Counted from the first letter of the stretch, positions 9,008 to 18,852 are shown. The stretch: 64,000 nt of DNA from Candidatus Latescibacterota bacterium (GCA_965205485.1 OZ242180.1:288001-352000); one strand, 5' to 3'. Program-made: numbers and translations. The notes: a model not told the origin generated them from the letters alone.

Positions 9008-10642
9008 TCAATCGGCCTCGGCGGAAACCACTGAAACCGCCCCGTCCCCCTCTTTCAATACGTGGTGTTTCAATCCCGGAATGTGGATCTCCTGGATATA
9101 TTCCCGCCAGTCGATGCGCGTCACGTCAAAGTTGAATTCCCTCTGATCTTCGGGATTCAGCGCCTCGAACAGCCGGCGGGTATTCTCCGTTTCGAACTCG
9201 CAATCGAGATGGGTGTACCCGCAATAGGTATCGACCAGGGACTCGAGCCGCTCAAGCACGGCTTCCATACCGGACACCCGGCGCCTGTAGCGGGAAACCC
9301 ATCGGGCGGGCAGATAGTCCACGGCCGCCTTCAACAGGCTCAGGGGAAGCTTGTACTTCAGGGCGACCAGACAACGGAACCGCCGCTGGCTGATGAACTT
9401 CCAGGGCCGGACGTCGATGGGCCGCCCGGCTCGGTCCTGCATCGGCGAAGATTTGAAATACCCGTATACCAGTTCGACCATTTCGCTGGCCCGAACCGGG
9501 TTCTGTGAGCCCGAGGCCACGTGGTAGACCTTCATCTCCCCGGACCCGTGTACCTGCGGAAGAACCGCGGTGACGGCGTTGCTCAGGACGTCCACGGGTA
9601 TGATATCCAGCACAATCCCGGGATCGATCGGGAAATTTGAAAGCCGGCCCTTGCCGTAGTGGACGATCAGCGGATCGGCGACTTTCAGGTCCTCCACCCA
9701 GCCGGGTTCCGGGTCCTCCAGGCTGCTCTCCACGATCGCCGGCCGGACGATGACCGTCGGAAGGTCTCCCCGCAGTTTCACGACCAACTGTTCGCCCATC
9801 GCCTTGGTGAGGGTGTAGCTGTCGTTCCAGCCGTGACGCCTCGCACGCCGCATCCCTTCGTCCACCATCTGCTTCCGGATCCATCGCTGGCGAAGGGCTT
9901 CTACCTGGTGTGCCTTCCGGTAGTCGGTCACGCGTTTTCCGCGGTCCTGCCGCCGGAGCTGCTTCAGGAACGCCGCCTCGAGGCCGGGTTCCCTGGATGC
10001 CTCCTCGACTTCCCGTGTAAAGGCCCGGATAGCGTCAATCTCGTCCTGCAGGTCGAACCCGGCGGCCCTTCCGTTGATAAGGTCCGAAACGCTCTTGTTT
10101 TGGGGAAACGGCACTTCGGGTATCCGGCCGGTGCGCTTTCCGCTCACGTACGCGGTTGATACATGAACGAGCGCAGCTTTCCGGCAGGCTTTCGCGAAGG
10201 CGACGACGCGGGCGGCGCCCATCGCATTCTGTTCGAGGGCGCTGTCGATGGGCTCGTCGAAGACCACGGTCCCGGCGTAATTGACGACAAAATCGACGTC
10301 TTCGGCGAGTCGCTCGCGTTGTTCGGTGGAAATCCCCAGTCCGTCTTCGGTCAGATCGCCGGCCACTGCCACGACCTTCTCGGACATCACCGATGGAAAT
10401 GCCGCGCCCCACTTCGCTCGCAACCTTTCGAACGCGCGGGACTGAAGGATTTCGGACTCCAGGCGTTCCGCATCCGAGACGATCTGGCCGTTGGAACGCG
10501 ACCGGGGACGGATCAGGAGATAGATCCGCGCCACCTCGGGCGCGGAAAACAGGACCTTCTCCACGAACCCCTTCGCCAGGAACCCCGTCGCGCCGGTTAC
10601 AAAAAGCGTCTTGCCGCTCAGAAACTCTGCAATGGACTGCAT
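9008..10642 (-). CDS. Fatty acyl-CoA reductase (alcohol-forming FAR, male-sterility type)
   Basis: VTGATGFLAK, HVSTAYV, YTLTKAMGE, RPAIVES..PGW, DIIPVD, C-terminal FNFDVTRIDW..HIPGLKHHVLKE. Confidence 0.9.
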   Translation of the reverse strand: MQSIAEFLSGKTLFVTGATGFLAKGFVEKVLFSAPEVARIYLLIRPRSRSNGQIVSDAERLESEILQSRAFERLRAKWGAAFPSVMSEKVVAVAGDLTEDGLGISTEQRERLAEDVDFVVNYAGTVVFDEPIDSALEQNAMGAARVVAFAKACRKAALVHVSTAYVSGKRTGRIPEVPFPQNKSVSDLINGRAAGFDLQDEIDAIRAFTREVEEASREPGLEAAFLKQLRRQDRGKRVTDYRKAHQVEALRQRWIRKQMVDEGMRRARRHGWNDSYTLTKAMGEQLVVKLRGDLPTVIVRPAIVESSLEDPEPGWVEDLKVADPLIVHYGKGRLSNFPIDPGIVLDIIPVDVLSNAVTAVLPQVHGSGEMKVYHVASGSQNPVRASEMVELVYGYFKSSPMQDRAGRPIDVRPWKFISQRRFRCLVALKYKLPLSLLKAAVDYLPARWVSRYRRRVSGMEAVLERLESLVDTYCGYTHLDCEFETENTRRLFEALNPEDQREFNFDVTRIDWREYIQEIHIPGLKHHVLKEGDGAVSVVSAEAD

Positions 10643-10947
10643 AACTTCCCGAATTGGACAAAAAACCCGTTTCCCCTACCTCATTAGTCAGCCGCAACAA
10701 TCCGGAAGAATCTCCGTCGTTGTTCTTCCGTCATCGCGCCGCGAGGTCGAGTGAACGGGACGTCATAAAATCGCTGAATCGCAATAACCAATGGCAACCG
10801 TAAACCATACCACCGGTGTTCGTTTACCAGATAAGGAAGGAAAGCCAAGATCCGCTTGGAGTCAAGGGAAATCTGGTTACGGACACTTTTGATTTGTCCT
10901 TTGGATTCTTTCCTCGTATATTTGGTATAAATGAGGAAGTGATGTCT

Positions 10948-11250
10948 ATGAAATGGCTAAGAGAAAATGCAGCAGCAATTATGGCTATAATGGCTATTCT
11001 GACTCCTTTGCTGCTTTATGCTTCAAGCATAGATGGACGACTTGATAGCATAGAAAAGGATGTTTTGGTCATAAAGAAGGATCTTTCAGCGTTGAAGGGA
11101 GATCTTTCGGCGTTGAGGGGAGATTTCTCAGTGTTGAAGGGAGATCTTTCAGCGTTGAAAGGAGATTTTTCGGCGTTAAGAAAGGATCTTTCAGCCATTA
11201 AGCGTCATATAGGAGTTTCGTCGGCTTCAATTGCAACCAGCGAAAATTAG
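10948..11250 (+). CDS. Small membrane-anchored coiled-coil protein with heptad repeats
   Basis: GAGGA RBS at about 10933 (starts at 10939 or 10942 also possible); N-terminal hydrophobic helix, then six GDLSALK-type heptads; AT-rich. Confidence 0.7.
   Translation: MKWLRENAAAIMAIMAILTPLLLYASSIDGRLDSIEKDVLVIKKDLSALKGDLSALRGDFSVLKGDLSALKGDFSALRKDLSAIKRHIGVSSASIATSEN
11077..11202 (+). repeat. 6 x 21-bp in-frame tandem repeat
   Basis: Units of the form ggagatctttcagcgttgaag. Confidence 0.9.
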
Positions 11251-11304
11251 ACTCAATCAAACCCACTAAATGGAAACTTCATCCAGTGGGTTTTAATCAT
11301 TCTG

Positions 11305-11354
11305 GCAAAACAAACCGCTCAGTCACTCAATTGTGACTGAGCGGTTTGTTTTGC
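11305..11354. terminator. Perfect 22-bp inverted repeat with 6-nt loop; probable bidirectional terminator
   Basis: gcaaaacaaaccgctcagtcac-tcaatt-gtgactgagcggtttgttttgc, between convergent genes. Confidence 0.7.
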
Positions 11355-11395
11355 TGACCGGGAAGTTCATTACTCAATACAGGATGTCGGGATTT

Positions 11396-11578
11396 TTAGG
11401 TCGTTTTTGGACATTTCGAGACTTTTTCGGGATTTCCCATCAGTGTCTTGCCTGAATCCTCCCATACCGCTTCATCTTCCGCCGTTGCTTCGTATTCTGT
11501 CTGTGATTCGTAATGTCCCAGAAGGCGTCGGACACGGTCCTCGTCCCAACCATCCGGAAATCTGGTCGCGTTCTTCAT
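11396..11578 (-). pseudogene. Putative antitoxin-like small protein, probably frameshifted near the C-terminus
   Basis: FPDGWDEDRVRRLLGHYE..EATAEDEA family pattern; atg-g-gaa-atc-ccg suggests one extra G in the expected MEIP; ATG overlaps the upstream toxin-like stop. Confidence 0.5.
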
Positions 11579-11751
11579 CTTCCTCTCCTTCTCATCCGCC
11601 TGCGATACGCAATTGGCGATTTACCGTTCAGTTCGTAGGCGGTAATGACAAATGCACAGTTCGGTTCGGGATCCGGTACATAGATTGGTCGGAGATATCA
11701 ACCTCCTCGAATCCGTCCAATTGCAACACGCGATCCTTCTCGACTTGGTCC
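11575..11751 (-). pseudogene. BrnT-like toxin remnant with an in-frame stop and no 5' end
   Basis: Translates GPSREGSRVAIGRIRGG*YLRPIYVPDPEPNCAFVITAYELNGKSPIAYRRRMRRRGR*; internal TGA at 11698-11700. Confidence 0.6.
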
Positions 11752-11795
11752 GTTTTTGACCGGCACAGAGGATACCGTCTCGGCTGGATGATCAC

Positions 11796-12899
11796 TTAAA
11801 AATACTTTCTGCGAATCAACTCGTTTACTGTTCGCTGCAGATCTGCCAGAAATTTTCCATCAATATTGGCCGTCCACCAATGTGCAATATCATTCCTGTA
11901 TTCCGTCAACTCCTGTAGGGTCTTTTTGCCGGCCACAACTACATTGTCATTCCTGATATTTCCCCCATAGCCTAGGTACTTCGCTCCAGCCTCTACCAAC
12001 GACTGCCACAACCGCAAGTATTGGAGGCGCTTGTAAGAGTCGTCTTTTTGCTCATCGCAATACATTGAGTTAATTAGAAGTGACACGTGCGGAGTCTCAA
12101 CGTCCTGCTTCATAGCAACAATCGCTTTCCCAATCTCTGCCACCCTGCAGCCGAACGACTCGGCATCCATCATCTTCACTGTTTCCACCTGTACTGACGC
12201 CATAGTTTGCTTCATGACGACGAAACGGCCGTCGTCGGTTACCAGACAGCGCTGATCCACATATCTCTTTATTGGATCCGGTGTCCTCTGTGCTACCCGG
12301 ATTCCTGCAAGTATCAGATTCACCGTCTGCTGGCTGTTGGGAAGTTTCGGCCACGCACCGTCACTTGTAGCCCACGCGGAAATGTACTTCCTATTCTCCC
12401 TACCTCCAATCAACGCAGGTATCTTCTCGCCATTTCGGACGAATACTTCGTCCGAAATGCTACATTCACCCTTAATCATCTCAACCGGCTCCAAAGCACG
12501 ATTCTCCTCAATCACCAAAAACACAGGTACGCGACCCTTTTGTTGGGATCTGACATTTTCGTTCGTCTGGCCAACAACGTGTCGCAAGCAAGGACTGATA
12601 GAGTAATGCCTACCACGTGTCCACTTTGCAAAGTAGTCGATCAAATTTGACGTGACACCCGCTTTAACAGACGACGAGTCATAAATCTTGTAATGATGTT
12701 CGCTTGAAGCTGGATGCAGATTGATCCTTGGAAACTCGAAAATCTGGGTTCGGCAATACCCTGTGATTGTACAACAGAACTTCGTTTCTCCTGTGTTCGC
12801 ATACCCTCTCTGCACCCATGCTAGCGTAGTGCTCGCCTCCTGAGAGACCGTTTGGAGCGACTTCTCACGATCCGCTACTGTTCGGTTATTTCTAGACAT
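11796..12899 (-). CDS. Hypothetical protein with C-terminal HEPN-like domain
   Basis: YLRLWQSLVE...YRNDIAH (Rx4H motif); lower GC than the flanks. Confidence 0.65.
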   Translation of the reverse strand: MSRNNRTVADREKSLQTVSQEASTTLAWVQRGYANTGETKFCCTITGYCRTQIFEFPRINLHPASSEHHYKIYDSSSVKAGVTSNLIDYFAKWTRGRHYSISPCLRHVVGQTNENVRSQQKGRVPVFLVIEENRALEPVEMIKGECSISDEVFVRNGEKIPALIGGRENRKYISAWATSDGAWPKLPNSQQTVNLILAGIRVAQRTPDPIKRYVDQRCLVTDDGRFVVMKQTMASVQVETVKMMDAESFGCRVAEIGKAIVAMKQDVETPHVSLLINSMYCDEQKDDSYKRLQYLRLWQSLVEAGAKYLGYGGNIRNDNVVVAGKKTLQELTEYRNDIAHWWTANIDGKFLADLQRTVNELIRRKYF

Positions 12900-13019
12900 A
12901 ATGGATTTTTCCCCTTGGATGCTAAGATTCGAGTTCAGCCACCATCACTTCGCCACCCGAATTGTCCCTCGATTTTTCGTAAGGTAATATCGCGTAATAT
13001 GGGACGTATAGGGTAAAGA

Positions 13020-13784
13020 TTAGACGTACCCGCCCCGCCTCACAAACTCCAGCCAGTTTCTGAACTCGATCTTCCTGAAGTTATTATCTTCCCTCTCTTT
13101 CTTCTTCAAGCTCTCCAGCAGATTCCGGAAGTCATCCTCCGTGAACATCGACGTATAATTCGACGTCCAGTGCAGCATCAGCTTACCGATGTAGTCGTAG
13201 GGCAGTTCGGGATGGTATTGCGTGCAGGTGATGCGCCGGTCCCTTGATACGACGGCCTGCAGCGTTGTCGCATTTTCTGCGACAATCTCGAACTCCCGCG
13301 GCAGCCGGGCAGTCTCGTCGAAGTGATGGGCCGGCGCATCGAACGTGTGCGGTTTGCCACGATACAGGGTCCTGGAAAAGTCCAGCGATCGTACCGTGAT
13401 GTCTCGTGCGATGCCGATTTCCGGACGGCGCGCCGGCGCCACCTCCCCGCCGCAAACGGTCGTGATGACCTGAAATCCCCAGCAGCTTCCCCAGACGTGG
13501 GGTACATCCGTGAGTACCCGCTCGCCCAACTCCAACTGACGCCTATTGAATGGATTGTCTTCGTAGATGTTGCCGCCCCCGCCGGTCCAGACCACGCCAT
13601 CGTACCTGCTGAAGTCCAGGTCTGACGTTCCGGCGTCGCCATACGTGTGGACAATCCGAACTTCGGTTTCAGGCTGGTTTTCCCGAACGAGCGCCTCGAA
13701 CACGCGTGCCTGCTCCTCCACCCCCGCACGCGCGTGCGACCGATTCCCTTCCCGGGTCCAGCCGTCGACGATCAGGATCCGCAT
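13020..13784 (-). CDS. Class I glutamine amidotransferase family protein
   Basis: WTGGGG, nucleophile elbow GSCWGFQ, QYHPE; start taken at ATG 13784. Confidence 0.85.
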   Translation of the reverse strand: MRILIVDGWTREGNRSHARAGVEEQARVFEALVRENQPETEVRIVHTYGDAGTSDLDFSRYDGVVWTGGGGNIYEDNPFNRRQLELGERVLTDVPHVWGSCWGFQVITTVCGGEVAPARRPEIGIARDITVRSLDFSRTLYRGKPHTFDAPAHHFDETARLPREFEIVAENATTLQAVVSRDRRITCTQYHPELPYDYIGKLMLHWTSNYTSMFTEDDFRNLLESLKKKEREDNNFRKIEFRNWLEFVRRGGYV

Positions 13785-13791
13785 CTCCCCG

Positions 13792-14697
13792 TCACCTCTC
13801 TGCAAGAAGCCATTCGTCACCGATCTCGATCTCTCCGGTTGCAGTCAAGACGGCAGGGCCGCCCACGTCCACGGAAACGACCTTTCCGTTGCGCAGATGA
13901 GCCGCCGCGTCCATTCTGCTGGGGCGGCCGATTTTCACGCCCTGCGTTACCGACAGCTCCAGTACGCCCGATTGGATGCCGCTTCTCAGTCCGGCGACGC
14001 GGACAAGCGCGGCGACTGCGCTGCCCGTGGCAGGGTCTTCGTCAATGCCGTGTGAGGGCGCCGACATCCTCGCGTAGATCTCCGCTCCGGATTTCAGCTC
14101 GCCCGCGAAGAAAAAGATATCCGACGACCGTGCATCGGAAAGCGTTCTGCCCCACGCCTGCTTGTCCACGGATGCTCGGTCCACGGCCTTTCTCGACACC
14201 AGATGCGCGAAACAGAAGTTCAGTCCCACGCCTGCGAAGAACCCGTCAAGGACGTCGCCCGCGTCGAGGGACAGGACTTCCGCAAGGGACGCAGTCGAGG
14301 GTCCTTCCGCCGCGTAATCCAATGGCGCATCGCTGGTCAATGTACCGTACAATACGCCGTCCTGATTTGAGATCCTCACAGGAATCCGGCCGACATTCTC
14401 TTCGAGAATAACGCAATCCGAATCCGCATGTCCGCTATAGCGAAGAGCGCATGCCGTACCGACCGTGGGATGACCCGCAAAGTCCACCTCGGCTGCAGGC
14501 GTGAAAATTCGCACCCGGGCCGCCGCGAAATCATTTTCGTGCGGAAACACGAACGTGGTTTCGGAAAAATTGAATTCGCGGGCGACCTTCTGCATGCCAT
14601 CCGCGCTGAGACCCCTCGCATCGGGCAGGACAGCCAGCTGGTTTCCCCCGAATCCCGTCCGGGTGAAGACATCCAGGATGTAGAATCGATATTTCAA
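13792..14697 (-). CDS. PhzF family epimerase/isomerase
   Basis: DVFT..GFGGNQLAV, FNFSET, EVDFAGHPT, EDPATGSA; start taken at TTG 14697. Confidence 0.9.
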   Translation of the reverse strand: MKYRFYILDVFTRTGFGGNQLAVLPDARGLSADGMQKVAREFNFSETTFVFPHENDFAAARVRIFTPAAEVDFAGHPTVGTACALRYSGHADSDCVILEENVGRIPVRISNQDGVLYGTLTSDAPLDYAAEGPSTASLAEVLSLDAGDVLDGFFAGVGLNFCFAHLVSRKAVDRASVDKQAWGRTLSDARSSDIFFFAGELKSGAEIYARMSAPSHGIDEDPATGSAVAALVRVAGLRSGIQSGVLELSVTQGVKIGRPSRMDAAAHLRNGKVVSVDVGGPAVLTATGEIEIGDEWLLAER

Positions 14698-14761
14698 GGG
14701 TGTCCACACCTGTTCAAAATCGTCTATTTCAACCGCTATCACGACATGATCCACCTGTAAC

Positions 14762-14912
14762 CGGAGCGAGGGCATCCTGCCCTCGAACATCGCGGCACCG
14801 ACCCCTACTCGCGTGGAGAGACTGACGCGTCCATTCAATCCGACACCGGTTCGCGGAAAACACCGTGTGCGACGAGTTATCCGACGTCGAGGGCAGGATG
14901 CCCTCGCTCCCG
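14762..14912. repeat. Inverted pair of REP-like palindromes (GGAGCGAGGGCATCCTGCCCTCG)
   Basis: 14763 ggagcgagggcatcctgccctcga and 14887 tcgagggcaggatgccctcgctcc; partial third copy near 18803. Confidence 0.8.
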
Positions 14913-15366
14913 GGAACGCCAACCAAACCGGTCCCAAATCGGCTTCTGTCCTGGACAGCCGTGACTAAAAGAGGGGCACTGCATTGACGCATCGAAGCGA
15001 CTTTCAACAAAACCAGGTGCTTACGCATCCAGGATCGTCTCTTCCAAACTATCTTGGACAGCATGGATGTGCGTCATTTCAGATTGTTCGTGGCCTGGTA
15101 TTGGGGGTCGTTTCGCGGTCCCACAATATACGCACGAAGAGATTCCAGAGAAAGACAACTCGTCCAACGCAGACTCCTGGGCGGCAGCCGCTGAATCTTT
15201 GGTTCTCCCTTTGTGGACTACGGGCTTATATTATCCGGTAGATCGCAGCTGGTGTGTCCGGGCTGAACCAGCCTTAGCTCTGGTCATCCAGCGGATCGGC
15301 ATCTTATCACGCCTGGACGCACGTGGTCAATACGCGACTTTGCAAACAATAAAGGGAGACGAATCC

Positions 15367-15855
15367 ATGGCAGAACGGAATTTCGACATTACTGAAGCCA
15401 CGGAGAACCCGATTTTCGACCTTACGGTACCTGTGACCCGACCATTTCGCGGAATCTGGACCGGTTTGGGGATCATATGGGTTGTTCTTGGCTTCTTGAA
15501 TTTGGAGGACAACACCATTCTTGGCGCCATCCAACTGGCGTTGGGACTGCTCGTCTTACCCTTTGTTGGTCTCGCGCAGCGTCTGAACAGGTACATCATC
15601 GCGTTCAAAGATGGCAATCTTGAGATTGACGAAGGACTCTTCATACGCCGAAGGATTCCATGGACGTCGATCTCCGAAATTCGCATTGAATTGATGAGAT
15701 TGGAATTTGTAGTCGACACAGGGAAGCGCCGGAAGATCGACTTCACTGCATTGAGCTATAACGACAACCAGACTATCAAACCGCGGATCATCGATGCGGC
15801 CACGGCATTCGCGGAAGAGAAGGGGATCCCGGTTCAGGACGGCCGATCCGGGTAA
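15367..15855 (+). CDS. Hypothetical membrane protein (2 TM plus PH-like C-terminus)
   Basis: GGGAG RBS before ATG 15367; two hydrophobic helices, then RRIPWTSISEI. Confidence 0.7.
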   Translation: MAERNFDITEATENPIFDLTVPVTRPFRGIWTGLGIIWVVLGFLNLEDNTILGAIQLALGLLVLPFVGLAQRLNRYIIAFKDGNLEIDEGLFIRRRIPWTSISEIRIELMRLEFVVDTGKRRKIDFTALSYNDNQTIKPRIIDAATAFAEEKGIPVQDGRSG

Positions 15856-15888
15856 GCTATCATCCTGCGCGAAGGAAGTCTGGCATGC

Positions 15889-15913
15889 GGGCGACCACAA
15901 GGGTCGCCCCTAC
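15889..15913 (-). repeat. GTAG-type REP palindrome
   Basis: gggcgaccacaagggtcgcccctac. Confidence 0.8.
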
Positions 15914-15956
15914 AATTCCAACACAGGCAAGGATATAGTTGATTGATATTGCGTGT

Positions 15957-16009
15957 CCGTATCGCTGACCGGTTCAAGCTGATCGCTGACGGTTGACCGC
16001 TGATAGCTG
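15957..16009 (+). repeat. Lead-in plus GCTGAYR heptamer array
   Basis: ccgtatcgctgaccggttcaa-gctgatc-gctgacg-gttgacc-gctgata-gct. Confidence 0.75.
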
Positions 16010-16013
16010 CCTT

Positions 16014-18431
16014 ATGCCTTTAATCAAATTCATCGCTTCCACTGTCGTCACCGTGATCGTCGTTCTGGCTCTGGATACCCGGATGGGCGGGTTTCCCGCA
16101 GCGGGAAGATTCCTGAGTCCGTTCCACGGTTTCTGGCAGAACGCCGAGACGCAGGACCCGCCGGCGGAAGGCGAATTGCGGCTCGCCGGACTGATCGAAC
16201 CCGTATCGGTCCTCTATGACGAACGCAGGGTGCCGCATATCTTCGCGAAGAATGACCGGGACCTGTTTTTCGCGCAGGGATATATTACAGCGAAGGACCG
16301 CCTGTGGCAGATGGAGTTTCAGACGATGGCCGCGGCAGGGCGGCTTGCGGAGGTCCTCGGAACCAGCGCACTGGAGCGCGACCGGTACCAGCGGCGGGTC
16401 GGCCTGGTTTACGGCGCACGGAATACGCTCAAGGAAATCATGGCCGAGCCGGAAACCCGGCTTTCCGTCTCCGCGTACACAGACGGCGTCAATGAATACA
16501 TCGGCAGCCTGCGCGTGCGAGACTACCCCATTGAGTACAAACTGCTGGGCTACGCCCCCGAGCCCTGGACGCCATCGAAATGCGCGATCCTGATCAAGTC
16601 CATGGCGTGGACACTGCGCGGCGGGAACGCGGAACTCAGGATGACCAACACGCTCGACCGGTTCGGCGAGGAGGTTGTACGGGACCTGTTCTCAAACCCA
16701 TCCGGAGACGACACGATAATCCCGAGGGCAACGCCGTGGGACTTCGAGCCCCGAAAAGTCATCCGGCCGGACACGCGTTTCATCAGAGGGTCGATCGGCG
16801 CGGAAAACGGTAGCGGAATCGGAAGCAACAACTGGGCGGTCTCCGGATCCAGGACCGCCAGCGGGTATCCTATATTGGCGAACGACCCGCACCTGAGCCT
16901 TTCCCTGCCGTCGCTGTGGTACGAGATTCAACTCGCCGGACCCACCGTCAACGTGTATGGCGTATCCCTTCCGGGCGGACCGGGCGTGGTTATCGGATTC
17001 AACCGGCAAATCGCCTGGGGGTTCACGAACGCGGGAACGGACGTAACGGATTGGTACAAGATCGCCTTCAAGGATGACACACTCCAGGAATACCGCCACG
17101 GCGGCCGGTGGCGTCCGGTGGAAACTGTCGTCGAAGAATTCAGCGTGCGGGGCGGCGAGACCTTTCGCGACACCGTGCGCTACACGCATCACGGCCCGGT
17201 CGTATGGGATTCCAGCTACAGGCCATCCGACTCGCGGGTGCCGGAACGCCATGCGTTCCGCTGGACGGCTCACGACGGCGGAAACGAGTGGCTGGCCTGC
17301 CACCGCCTCAATTCAGCGCGCGGCTACGACGATTTCGTCGCGGCGCTCCCCCACCTCACCGCTCCCGGGCAGAACTTCGCCTACGCAGACGTTGACGGGA
17401 ATATCGCAATCTGGCATAACGGCCGATTCCCGGTAAGGTGGGAGGGCCAGGGCGCCTTCATCGCCGACGGCTCGGACCCCCTCCACGACTGGCAGGACTG
17501 GATACCAAACGCCCACAAGCCCCACGTCAAGAATCCGGATCGCGGGTTTGTGAGTTCCGCCAACCAGCGCCCGGCGGATGAATCCTATCCGTATTGGCTG
17601 GCCAACGGCTATTCCTCACCGGTTCGCGCGCGTCGAATCAACGAACGTCTGGCCGAATTGAAGGACATCACGCCGGACGACTTCCGGAAACTGCAGCTCG
17701 ACACAAAGCACCTCCGCGCCCAGGCCGTCCTGCCCGTCCTGCTGGCGTTTATCGAACCTGAGTCCCTCGGTCCCGATATGGCGGCGGTCTACCAGGAACT
17801 TCAGAACTGGGACTACTTCGCCGATGCCGCCAGGATCGCCCCCACCGTTTTCCAAACCTGGTGGGGAAAGCTCTACCGGGCAATCTGGGACGATGAATTC
17901 AGCGGATCGGGCCCCGGTCTGCAACGCCCTTCCGCGGATCGAACGGTGAGCTTGATCCTCGACGAGCCGGACGCCAGATGGTTTGACGACACGCGGACCG
18001 AACCTGTGGAGTCGCTGGCCGACCTTGCCCGCGGCACGTTTGCGGCATCTTGCATTGAATTGACGAAAAGGCTCGGTCCGGCGGGCGAAGCCTGGCAATG
18101 GGGACGCTTCAAAGGCGCGGATATCAGGCATCTGTTGAGGATACCTGAATTTTCGCATCTGGATCTGTTCGTACACGGCGGCCGCGACATCGTCAATGCG
18201 ACCCGGGGGGGGCATGGCCCATGCTGGCGAATGGTCGTGTCCCTCGGTCCTGACGTACGAGCATGGGGAATCTATCCCGGCGGGCAATCCGGCAACCCGG
18301 GCAGCAGGCACTACGACGACTTTGTCGACACCTGGGTCAATGGCGAACTGGATGAACTTCTGTTCATGAAAACGCCGGAAGACGGCCAAGGGCGTATCGA
18401 GGAACGGTTGACGCTGGTCACAAGACCGTAA
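16014..18431 (+). CDS. Penicillin acylase family Ntn-hydrolase
   Basis: VPHIFA, AQGY..AKDRLWQME, GSNNWAVSGSRT, LANDPHL, YPGGQSGNPGS. Confidence 0.92.
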   Translation: MPLIKFIASTVVTVIVVLALDTRMGGFPAAGRFLSPFHGFWQNAETQDPPAEGELRLAGLIEPVSVLYDERRVPHIFAKNDRDLFFAQGYITAKDRLWQMEFQTMAAAGRLAEVLGTSALERDRYQRRVGLVYGARNTLKEIMAEPETRLSVSAYTDGVNEYIGSLRVRDYPIEYKLLGYAPEPWTPSKCAILIKSMAWTLRGGNAELRMTNTLDRFGEEVVRDLFSNPSGDDTIIPRATPWDFEPRKVIRPDTRFIRGSIGAENGSGIGSNNWAVSGSRTASGYPILANDPHLSLSLPSLWYEIQLAGPTVNVYGVSLPGGPGVVIGFNRQIAWGFTNAGTDVTDWYKIAFKDDTLQEYRHGGRWRPVETVVEEFSVRGGETFRDTVRYTHHGPVVWDSSYRPSDSRVPERHAFRWTAHDGGNEWLACHRLNSARGYDDFVAALPHLTAPGQNFAYADVDGNIAIWHNGRFPVRWEGQGAFIADGSDPLHDWQDWIPNAHKPHVKNPDRGFVSSANQRPADESYPYWLANGYSSPVRARRINERLAELKDITPDDFRKLQLDTKHLRAQAVLPVLLAFIEPESLGPDMAAVYQELQNWDYFADAARIAPTVFQTWWGKLYRAIWDDEFSGSGPGLQRPSADRTVSLILDEPDARWFDDTRTEPVESLADLARGTFAASCIELTKRLGPAGEAWQWGRFKGADIRHLLRIPEFSHLDLFVHGGRDIVNATRGGHGPCWRMVVSLGPDVRAWGIYPGGQSGNPGSRHYDDFVDTWVNGELDELLFMKTPEDGQGRIEERLTLVTRP

Positions 18432-18537
18432 GACGGAAAATCGCGGGCGAATTTACAAAAAATGCCGAGACCCCAGTGACGGATCGCGCACCGGTGCCAC
18501 GACTTCATTTTACTCCCATCATATTGTTATTTATTTC

Positions 18538-18730
18538 TTTACGCCCTTTTTCTTTCTCGCCAAAGAAAAAGGGCCAAAAAGAACGGCGCCGCTCGGCGCG
18601 GAGCCGGTTTTTCCGTGAATCACCTCAGAGGTAAGAAAGAAATGAGTGCCCTACATGCCCCTGAAGCATATCAATATTAAGGTGCTGGACGGATTAACAC
18701 GGAAAAACCCCCCACGCCACAACCGAGCGG
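18538..18730 (-). repeat. ~190-bp structured interspersed repeat, copy 2
   Basis: Inverted copy of 4747-4938 with a diverged central segment. Confidence 0.9.
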
Positions 18731-18852
18731 CAAGGAGTTAGACTGGTAGGGACAGCCGCGTGGTGTTGCGGTTCTGCCGCTGGCTCCTGCGACTCCGGAA
18801 TCGAGGGCATCCTGCCCTCGTTGGGCCTCTTCGGGTCCTGCCTAATCGTGAC

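Noticed and set aside
11077..11202. Possible CRISPR array
   Set aside because: Contiguous 21-bp units without spacers, in frame within a CDS; no cas genes
14698..14937. N-terminal extension of the PhzF protein
   Set aside because: Overlaps the REP pair; the family motif begins near 14697
14940..15360. Possible gene remnant upstream of the 15367 membrane protein
   Set aside because: No frame I translated gave a recognisable motif; cannot be supported without a search
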